Assembly: GCA_965228895.1 (NCBI GenBank)
Contig: OZ245842.1
Location: 2,016,001-2,080,000 of the forward strand
Length of the DNA: 64,000 nt
Origin: Alphaproteobacteria bacterium
GTDB lineage: Bacteria; Pseudomonadota; Alphaproteobacteria; SP197
Direction of reading: 5' to 3'
The translations under genes and the position numbers were made by a program. The notes under the pieces are model-generated. The model was not told where the DNA came from. It made no database searches and saw only the letters and a list, made by a program, of their open reading frames with translations. Below are positions 50,289-58,335 of the stretch, piece by piece (the stretch's first letter is position 1; each line of letters starts with the position of its first letter).

Positions 50289-52036
50289 CAGGCAAACTTG
50301 AAGCCTATCTTCCCCAGGATTGTCCTGACGGTCTGGCCTTGCTCGAAGAAGGTCGGCGGCTCGGCGATGACGTCACGGTGGGTCGCAGCCTTCTGTGCGA
50401 AACCCATGGCGTTCGTTCGGAGGTCGAATACAAAAAGAAAATGGTCGAGGAGGGGCGCCTGATGACGTCCCTCAACATCGGCATGCAGACCTGGGCCGAT
50501 ACCGCCCGTGCGTTTGAGAAGATCTGGGACGAATCGGACAGACGTGGCTTTCGCATTGACCGCTATCAAATGCAGATGGATCGGCGTATGGGCCTGCCGC
50601 CTGAGCTTTGGGACCGCGCGGCCAAGGAGACCGGTCCGATGCTGGAAACCAAGGAGGACTGGTACGCGACCGCCCACACGGTGCCGATCCAGCCGCAGCT
50701 TGGCGACATGATGATCGGCTCGCCCATGTCGGTCAGCAACGCGCGCAACGCACTTGAGGCCGGCGTCAACTATATCGGCAACATGTCGCAGTTTGCCTGG
50801 AAGTATCCGGGCTGGCCGGGCGACGATGTCGAGCAGATGGCTGAAATGGTCAAGGCCTTGGGCCTGATGGCGGCCAAGCGCGACGACGACGCGATGATGC
50901 AGTCCTATCTGGAAGACGGCTATCCCGCGACCTTCAAGGACTATTGCTCCTATATCGGCTGGGCGCTCTTTGAGCGTTACCTTATCGATGACGTGATCGG
51001 TGCGCGCCTGTCGATCGCCTATGGCGGCCTGACCCACAATCCGGTCAGCAAGACAGCGGTGATCCTGGCGCTTGAGAAGATTAAGCCGGAAGGCACGTAC
51101 AACTCTTTCTATCATTGCAACACGACGGCCCATTCGCCGGAGATCGACGAGAACTTTGCCGTCGTCTCAATCGATGACCTCTACATCATGTTGGCCCAGC
51201 TCAAGACCAAGAGCGGCGCGGCCACGTTGTCGATCCCCGTTACAGAAGCGCTACGTGTGCCGTCCTGGGAAGAAATCGTTCAGGTTCAAACGGTCGCTCA
51301 TCGAGTCGCGCGCGACGCGCCACGGCTGATGGAGAGTTTCAATTGGGATCATATCGAGGCGATCAGCGAACGCATGATCGATGGCGGGCGCCGATTCTAC
51401 GCCAACATTTTGGAAGGCCTCACCGATCTGGGTGTCGACATGCGCGATCCCATGCAGCTCCTGCTGACGATCCGCCGCATGGGCGCGGCGACGATCGAGA
51501 ATCGTTGGGGTGTCGGCGAACTGCCGATATCGGATGCGGAAATGTATGTGCCGGAAGTGCCGACCGATACCTATCTCGACTATGTCGAACGGCGTTCGCG
51601 GGTCAAAAAGATTTTCAGCTCGGCGGGCATTCCCAAAAAGGAGCAGATCAGGCTCGTGGTCGGCTCCACCGACATCCATGAGTACGCGATGTTCCTCATC
51701 GTCGAGGGACTCACCATGGCCGGCATTCAGCCGGTTGTTGCCGGCACCAGTGTCGATCCCGATGAGTTTGCCGATTTAGCGCTGGAAGCGGGCGCCACGG
51801 CGATCCTGGTCTCGACCCACAACGGCATGGCGTTGACCTATGCGCGGCAATTGCATGACGAGGTTGTTGCCCGCGACCTCGATGTGACCATCGCGATGGG
51901 CGGCACGCTCAATCAAGATGTCGATGGCGAATCGACGCCGGTGGACGTTAAGGACGACCTGCGCGCGATGGGCGTCCACGTTTGCAGCGATGTCTCCGAT
52001 CTCTTGAACCTGATCGGCGCGACGTCACCAAGTTAG
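50285..52036 (+). CDS. Cobalamin-binding protein; putative single-chain AdoCbl-dependent mutase of unknown substrate
   Basis: C-terminal DIHEYA-x41-STH-x26-GG B12 motif; N-terminal barrel-sized domain with PVTEALRVPSWEE; ATGA overlap with the glmL-like gene. Confidence 0.75.
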   Translation: MTGKLEAYLPQDCPDGLALLEEGRRLGDDVTVGRSLLCETHGVRSEVEYKKKMVEEGRLMTSLNIGMQTWADTARAFEKIWDESDRRGFRIDRYQMQMDRRMGLPPELWDRAAKETGPMLETKEDWYATAHTVPIQPQLGDMMIGSPMSVSNARNALEAGVNYIGNMSQFAWKYPGWPGDDVEQMAEMVKALGLMAAKRDDDAMMQSYLEDGYPATFKDYCSYIGWALFERYLIDDVIGARLSIAYGGLTHNPVSKTAVILALEKIKPEGTYNSFYHCNTTAHSPEIDENFAVVSIDDLYIMLAQLKTKSGAATLSIPVTEALRVPSWEEIVQVQTVAHRVARDAPRLMESFNWDHIEAISERMIDGGRRFYANILEGLTDLGVDMRDPMQLLLTIRRMGAATIENRWGVGELPISDAEMYVPEVPTDTYLDYVERRSRVKKIFSSAGIPKKEQIRLVVGSTDIHEYAMFLIVEGLTMAGIQPVVAGTSVDPDEFADLALEAGATAILVSTHNGMALTYARQLHDEVVARDLDVTIAMGGTLNQDVDGESTPVDVKDDLRAMGVHVCSDVSDLLNLIGATSPS

Positions 52037-52097
52037 CGTGAAGAAAGCCCCTTCGACTGGCATATCGAGCGGTTGACAACCAACGTATGGGGGCTGG

Positions 52098-52544
52098 TTA
52101 GCCGTTCGCAAGCTGCAAGCTGGCCCGGCCATGCACGACAACACGTTTCTTCGTGGCGCGTGAGGGACGCTTGGTTCTCCGTACGGTCGACGACACATCG
52201 ACCACGGTATCGTCGGCATGTTCCGTTTCACCATCGCCAAACGTGACGAGGTTGGTTGGTTCGGCGACGGCAAGCAGGTCGGCAGCAAAGGTCGAACGGA
52301 TCTGCGCAAAGGCAAGGCGGGCCGTTGGCCAATCGGCTGACCAGGTAACCACCGGTGTTGACGTCCCGTCCGCCGTCTTGGCGATGACGGCAGTCATGCG
52401 CTTGTCGTCCAGGGACCAAGTGTAGCCATGGGCCGGTGGCTGACCATCGAGCGGGTTGCCAAGGCAATCTTCCAGCAGCGCCCTGAAGCTTTCCGAGCGA
52501 CCATCGCGGATACGAAGCTCTATCTGCCAAGACGTTTCGTGCAT
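52098..52544 (-). CDS. Hypothetical protein, weak similarity to ABM/quinol monooxygenase-like domain (possibly degenerate)
   Basis: MHETSWQIELRIRDGRSESFRALLE...YTWSL...FAADLLAVAEPT.LVTFG resembles the ABM dimeric alpha/beta barrel pattern. Confidence 0.45.
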   Translation of the reverse strand: MHETSWQIELRIRDGRSESFRALLEDCLGNPLDGQPPAHGYTWSLDDKRMTAVIAKTADGTSTPVVTWSADWPTARLAFAQIRSTFAADLLAVAEPTNLVTFGDGETEHADDTVVDVSSTVRRTKRPSRATKKRVVVHGRASLQLANG

Positions 52545-53930
52545 GCTTGCCCTCTCGCGTGTCTGCCCTCGACCGCTATCCCTGTGCGGAATGGTCGCGC
52601 TCGATCTCGAATCGAACAAGTAACAGCGCGTCACATATCCGTTGATCATCGTGCGAAGCGGGTGCCGGCCATAAGTCAGCGAGGTCGCGGTTGGTGGCGT
52701 GCGCGGCCATCGTCTCTCGCGACTCGCGGGAAGCATGACGCCTTGTTGCCACACACCGACGTTTCGTCATCGGATGCCGAAACGCCGTCTTGAAGGGTGC
52801 TCGCAAATCGGTGCGTCAGGGCTGGCGATGTCGAATTACTTGCGTCTGCTGGTCCGTTTTACTTGCGCCTTGCCGTTGGATAAGGATCAACGGTTATGCC
52901 GCCGACATCGCACCGGTCCAGGCAGGTTTCGTTCCCTTTTTGAGAAAATAGGTCTGTATTCTTGTCCTGATACGGTACGCCGACGGGATCGAGACGGATC
53001 CGGCCGACCGTGAGCGAAGTTCTTTGCCGAGATCTTCGGACCTGATCAAATCTCATGCCCCCGCCGACGCGTGTAGGATCGCGTATCATCGCAGCCATTT
53101 GTCCCGGTGCGGGACTTCTCTATCGATATGCGTGGTGCGTAGGTGTCGATTATGCAACCATAGATAGAATTTACTGTTCAAGTCGCTCTGTTCAACAGAT
53201 GACAACAGGAGCGATGTCCGGTGTCCGTCATGCGTTGGTTGCTGTTGCGGCAATCCGAGTGGCACGAGACCATGTCGGTAACGGCTGACATCTAGCGCCG
53301 GAAATGTGCTTACGTAGCCGATTTTATGCCATCAACTTTCTGTGATCTCTCGACGCGGACGATTGCGACGCCTTCCGGCTGACGTCTGGCAATTCGCCGC
53401 TGCTTTAAGCGCACTTGCTTGGCTAAAGGGGTTGCGATCGATGGTGGCTGCGTGCTTCGTTCGGTCGGGCCAGGCGATAGAAAGATTCGTTAAATCAATG
53501 GGTTGGTGTGTTGACGCTTTGTTGTCAGGGGCACGCAACTGAATTTGCAGGCGCGGGGATGTCAGGGGTTTGGGAAGGCCATGGTCAGGTTTTGATGGCG
53601 GTGGCGTCAGGATCGGCCAATCGACTGCCGCGTTGTCGCCACCAGCCACATACATGTCGCGTGTTCCGTGAAGAGCCGATCGCAAGAGCGCGAATGTCCA
53701 AGGTTTCCAAAGGTAGCCGAGCCCCCCGCCGACACGATCGATGATACCGATCGTGCGGACGCCAAAACCGACTGTCCGCCATTACGTAGTTTTACTTAAG
53801 TATATGACCGGATTCTTGGAACTGTAGGTTGCGATCTAACATGTGCTATGGAGAAACCGGGTCGTATGAGCCGATTTCCAATCGAAATGGATAGTACGTT
53901 CTCTGTCGGTTGGAATATAGGGATCCGGAA

Positions 53931-53946
53931 TGGCACGGTTCATGCA
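53931..53946 (+). promoter_or_regulatory. Candidate sigma-54 (-24/-12) promoter
   Basis: TGGCACGGTTCATGCA versus consensus TGGCACGNNNNTTGCW; GG/GC spacing exact, one mismatch. Confidence 0.45.
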
Positions 53947-54472
53947 TCGGAGGGGGTATGACCATGTGGCCTACATTGCAAGCCTTCAGGCGGGCACGTT
54001 GCGATCGGGGGGAAGACGAGCACCTCGAATGCGGTGTGCCGCCTTTGTTCACGCGCATTGCTGCCTATCCCTGTGGGCAACGCCTGTTACGAATGGATTA
54101 ACTCCTGTGGTCGATGTCTATTCATTGGTAGTGTTCATCTCAGCCATTCGAGCACTCAGCCAACGATAAAGAGGTGGTTTTTGCTGAGATGAAATTTCCA
54201 CATCTGGATGCACGTTAGTCAGAATAGAAAGTTTTTACCCACTAAGCATAGTTGTTCATCAGACGAATAGCTGGGATTGTATCAGAGTGGAAGGTAATAG
54301 ATATGTCGATCGGGTAGGAGGACTTTTTCGAGTTGTTTCGGAAGCAAAATAAAAAGCACATAGCTCCCGAAAGTCGTTGTGGGGTCGCAGAGTAAGTAAA
54401 GCTGGTCCGAACGTTGTGATTAGAAGGTCTAAATCGATGGTTCGGACTGACAGTCCAAAAAGGGGAAATCCC

Positions 54473-55156
54473 ATGAGTACCACGTTTATTGTCGACTCCA
54501 ACCGCCTCTCAAGGGAGGGCATGGTTCGTCTCTTGAGCGATACAAACTTCGATGTCCTGGGTCACGCCGGTGACATTAGCGGTCTTGATGACGGCTTGGC
54601 CGAATCCAGCCCGCCCGATCTGCTGCTGCTCGATTTGCCGCGCGAGACGGAGGGCCTGAAAGAGCGTCTTATCGAGCTGCGTGAGCGCGCGCCCAACATG
54701 AAGGTCGTCGTGCTGACCACCTCGGTTCAACCGCGGCCGCTTGCCGAGTACTTCAGTGCCGGCGTCGATGGTTATCTGTTGAAGGATATCTCGACCGAAG
54801 CCCTGATCGGATCGCTCAATCTGGTTCTGGCTGGCGAGCGGGTGTTCCCGTCACAGCTGATCCCGCTCATTCTCCGTGGCACCTCGGCGATGCCGACCAT
54901 GGCGAACACGGCGACAGCGGAAGGCGCCAATCTGTCAGACCGCGAGCTTCAGATCCTCGGCTGCCTCGTCGAGGGTGCGTCCAACAAGATGATCGCGAAC
55001 CGCCTGAGCGTGACCGAAGCGACCATCAAGGTTCACGTCAAAAGCATCCTGCGCAAGATCAACGCACAGAACCGCACGCAAGCGGCCATCTGGGCGCTGA
55101 ACAACGGCATTGCTGCGGATGCCGGCTTGATGATGGGACCCTCATCGCCCAACTGA
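54473..55156 (+). CDS. NarL/LuxR family response regulator
   Basis: REC (IVDS, LLLLD, VVLT, GYLLK) plus HTH LSDRELQILGCLVEGASNKMIA...TIKVHVKSILRK...NRTQAAIWA. Confidence 0.92.
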   Translation: MSTTFIVDSNRLSREGMVRLLSDTNFDVLGHAGDISGLDDGLAESSPPDLLLLDLPRETEGLKERLIELRERAPNMKVVVLTTSVQPRPLAEYFSAGVDGYLLKDISTEALIGSLNLVLAGERVFPSQLIPLILRGTSAMPTMANTATAEGANLSDRELQILGCLVEGASNKMIANRLSVTEATIKVHVKSILRKINAQNRTQAAIWALNNGIAADAGLMMGPSSPN

Positions 55157-55181
55157 GGGGATCCCACACTTGTGCGCTAAT

Positions 55182-55216
55182 GAGAATGCCGCCTCAAGGG
55201 GCGGCATTCTCTTTTT
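55182..55216 (+). terminator. Rho-independent terminator
   Basis: GAGAATGCCGCC-TCAAGG-GGCGGCATTCTC-TTTTT. Confidence 0.85.
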
Positions 55217-55514
55217 GGGCATCCGCCACCAACGAGCGGCGGCCGAGACGGCCTCGCTTGCACAAAGCAGCCGTCTGGCAACGTCACAGCTGTGCTTGGC
55301 GGGCGCGACGCCATGCCCCATGCGGGCTCTGGCCAACCGATACACCGATATCGTTTCGATGATCTCTTCGGCGTTCGCGCGGCGCGGCGATGGTCGAAGA
55401 ATCACTTCGCCGGCGATCTCGTCTTGCGGGAGTTAACCGCTCTACCGAGAGCGCCGGCGAAAGTTTGGCAGGAGAAAGCGCCAGGCCGAACCCGGCGCTG
55501 CTTACTCTCCGGTC

Positions 55515-56057
55515 TTATCCACCCAGGCCGAAGACCTGCGATGTCCACGTGTTGATTGCGTTCCCGGACCCACCGCCGAAGCCGTAGCTGCCGCCGAACG
55601 ACGGATAACCGCCGCCACCGGTCGTCGCGGCCACCAAGCGGAACGTCCAACTTGTGACGGTGATACCGGAGCTGGACCCGAAGCCGAGCAACAGCTGGCC
55701 GCCGTCGCCGCTTCCGGTGCCGACATTCTCGAAGAAGAGACCGCCCAGATCGAGGTCGCGACCGCGGAACTGCGGAATGATCTCGCCGCTGGCGCTGGTC
55801 ACGATCGGCACACGGCCGCCGCGGTTGTTCTGGGTGATGGTCAGCAGGGATCCGTCCGAAGCGCGCATGATGTTGTCGGGCGTCGCATTGAACAGCTGCT
55901 CGTTAATGATGGCCTGCCGCGCCGCCGTGCTCATGCCGACACCGCCGTCGGGCGTGTCGAACGAGAACGGCTCGTTGTTCAGTTGGGCGTTGGCCGATGC
56001 CACATGGAGCAGAGCTACTGCACCAATCATGGCTGCCACGGCTAAACGAAATCGCAT
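55515..56057 (-). CDS. Secreted Gly/Ser-rich hypothetical protein
   Basis: AGGAGAG RBS; signal peptide ending ASANA; two G-rich/W-T repeats near the C-terminus. Confidence 0.75.
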   Translation of the reverse strand: MRFRLAVAAMIGAVALLHVASANAQLNNEPFSFDTPDGGVGMSTAARQAIINEQLFNATPDNIMRASDGSLLTITQNNRGGRVPIVTSASGEIIPQFRGRDLDLGGLFFENVGTGSGDGGQLLLGFGSSSGITVTSWTFRLVAATTGGGGYPSFGGSYGFGGGSGNAINTWTSQVFGLGG

Positions 56058-56206
56058 CGGTTCTCTCCTGCCTTACAATGACGGGGCCGAACCTTTTGGC
56101 CCCCCTCATCGCAAATTAAGCCGTAATCTGGACCAAATAATCAAGTGGATTGCGCCAACCCGGTCTACAATCCCGCCTAATAACCTTGATCCACCCCTTT
56201 AGATCG

Positions 56207-56884
56207 TCAGTTCAGACTGGTCTCCAAAGACCGCGCGGCGGGCACGAATGCTTGAATTGCGGCGAAAACAGCAGCTTCTGTTCTGTTTCTAAGCTGCAAT
56301 TTACCCAAAAGGCTCCGTACCACGTACTTCACGTTGGCTTCGGTCATATCCAGTTCTTCGGATATCGTCCGGTTGCTCTTGCCTTCGCCAAGCAACGCCA
56401 GCACCTGCTGTTCGGTCGGCGTCAACGACGACAGAAGCTGCAGGCGCAGTTCGGTCACCGTAAACGACGGCGTCATAAAAGGCGGCACCAGGCAGTAACC
56501 ATCGAGGCTGAGCCGCGCGACCTCGGCCGTCAGCGGCAGTTGCTCATCAACGAACAACCAGGCATCAACCAACGACAAGAGGTTTGTTGCCTGCAGGAGG
56601 TCATCGCGCCTGAGCGCCACGACAATGGTCGCGCGCCGCGAGACCCTCAGCAGATCGGCATACTCCATATCATTCAGCTTGGTGTGCCAAACGATCACGA
56701 CATTGGGCCGGCCATTCTCGGAATTCTGCGTTGGCAAGTCCGACAGGCGCTTGGCCTGGTTGAGCTGAATGCCGTGCTCTTCGGCCATCGCCCGTTGAAG
56801 CTGGAGTTCGGGCGTAGAGCCCTCGGCTACAATGGCGACGTTGAGGGGTCGTGCAGCACTTGTTTCACTTGTTTGCATCCTCAT
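56207..56884 (-). CDS. LuxR-type HTH regulator with degenerate receiver domain
   Basis: C-terminal LTPTEQQVLALLGEGKSNRTISEEL.MTEANVK..V..LLGKL...NRTEAAVFA; no phosphoacceptor Asp recognisable (VVIVWH). Confidence 0.85.
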   Translation of the reverse strand: MRMQTSETSAARPLNVAIVAEGSTPELQLQRAMAEEHGIQLNQAKRLSDLPTQNSENGRPNVVIVWHTKLNDMEYADLLRVSRRATIVVALRRDDLLQATNLLSLVDAWLFVDEQLPLTAEVARLSLDGYCLVPPFMTPSFTVTELRLQLLSSLTPTEQQVLALLGEGKSNRTISEELDMTEANVKYVVRSLLGKLQLRNRTEAAVFAAIQAFVPAARSLETSLN

Positions 56885-57260
56885 GCAGTCCCTGTTCAGA
56901 ATTGGTCCCTAATTCTTGCATCACGTTGGTTCGCGCAAAGTGGTGCCTGGTTTTTTTATGCGGCACCTTTGTTGGGCAGATGACGAGCGCGGATGTCTTG
57001 CGACACCTGCGACCGGGTAACAACACGTTGGCTGAGCAAGACGCCTTGTTCATGGCGGCGTCAGGTCAACCGACAGAGCACGGTCTTGAGGCAGATCGCG
57101 CTCGCTCTATCGATCGGGCCGTTCGGCTTTTGACGAGTTTCCAAGCTTCTTAACCGCCCAATGCTACATGGGTGTTGAGAGATGCCAACACCACGACCTG
57201 CAGTTTGTCAAAAATCCGTGACTACACCACGGGTAAAAAGGTCTACGACTTTGGATGAGT

Positions 57261-57276
57261 GTTAACTAAATATTAA
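57261..57276 (-). promoter_or_regulatory. CtrA-type binding site
   Basis: + strand GTTAACTAAATATTAA reads TTAA-TATTTAG-TTAAC on the - strand, the full TTAA-N7-TTAAC consensus, about 220 bp upstream of the CsgG/HfaB gene. Confidence 0.65.
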
Positions 57277-57493
57277 GAACCCGATTACCCTTTAGATAGT
57301 AGCCTATCCTTTTTAATTACGAGGAGAGAAGGGGGTAATCCCTTTTCCGGTGCGATTAGTACTTCTTAACTCTTACCTTTTCTGACCCCTTCCGTAAGCT
57401 TCAACGCACGAGATTTCACGTCATTGCCGGAGGCGATCCGGCGTACCCGGTTCCGACTGCGAGCGTTACCGGGTTTGAGGAGGGTCCAGCAAA

Positions 57494-58312
57494 ATGCGTC
57501 TATTCGTTCCTGCGGCAATTGCGGCTGTTGCTCTTGTTGTAACGGCTTGCAGCACCGGTCCCTACCCGAAGGAAGGCGTACAGCCTGCCTTCAGCTTCCC
57601 GGTTACCAGTAATGACACGCCTTACAGTCAGTGCCTGCGGGCGCTGAGCGAGGTTCAGGGTAACAATCTGCCGGTATTTGCTGTGGGCGAAGTCGCCGAC
57701 AAGACGGGCCAGATCAACTATGACGAAAACGGCTATGCGCTGTCGCAGGGCGTTTCCGAAATGGTGATCAGCGCGCTCGCCAAGACCGACAAGGCGAACC
57801 TGGTTGAGCGCTTGGACCTGCGCATCCCTCTCGCCGAAGTCCAGTTGGCCGAACAGGGCCGCCTGTCGCGCTCGGCTGATGAGTACACCGATCTTCCCGC
57901 CAGCGATTTTGTCATCGCCGGCGCTCTGACTGAGCTCAACTACAACATCGTCAGCGAAGGCGCCCAGCTGTTCATCGACGGCATTGGCGGCGGCGCCCGC
58001 ACGGTGGTCATCAACGTGGCGCTCGACATGCGCGTGATCAGCTCGCGTACCTTCGCTGTGCCCTTTGTGGTGAGCCTGCAGAAACAGATTTACGGGTTCG
58101 AAGTCGAAGCGAACGTGTTCCGCTTCTTCGGCGACACCCTGGTTGAGTTTGACGCCGGACGGATCAGGAATGAACCGCTCCAGCTCGGCGTCCGTTCCGT
58201 CGTTGAAATGGGTGTTTACCAGATCATGACGGAATTCCTTGGTCTGCCCGCGAGCGAGAGCTGCCGTCTCGTTGAGACAGACCATATGGCGTCGTACCTC
58301 GAGCAGCTCTAA
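57494..58312 (+). CDS. CsgG/HfaB family outer-membrane lipoprotein (holdfast anchor HfaB-like)
   Basis: Lipobox VTAC; PVTSNDTPYS.CL, AVGEVADKTG, SQG.SEM.ISAL.K, LVER.D, GALTELNYNI, ALDMRVI, QKQIYG.EV, EPLQLGVRSVVE. Confidence 0.82.
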   Translation: MRLFVPAAIAAVALVVTACSTGPYPKEGVQPAFSFPVTSNDTPYSQCLRALSEVQGNNLPVFAVGEVADKTGQINYDENGYALSQGVSEMVISALAKTDKANLVERLDLRIPLAEVQLAEQGRLSRSADEYTDLPASDFVIAGALTELNYNIVSEGAQLFIDGIGGGARTVVINVALDMRVISSRTFAVPFVVSLQKQIYGFEVEANVFRFFGDTLVEFDAGRIRNEPLQLGVRSVVEMGVYQIMTEFLGLPASESCRLVETDHMASYLEQL

Positions 58313-58335
58313 ATCCTGAAAGGAGAATGGTAGTT

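Noticed and set aside
53910-54101. Small ORF with a GGAGGGGG RBS-like sequence before ATG 53958/53964
   Set aside because: No recognisable protein features, atypical composition, and it overlaps the putative sigma-54 start region
55404-55464. Long imperfect hairpin TTCGCCGGCG...CGCCGGCGAA
   Set aside because: Single copy between convergent genes; most simply a terminator or stabiliser for the 55515-56057 gene, with no evidence for a REP or ncRNA family
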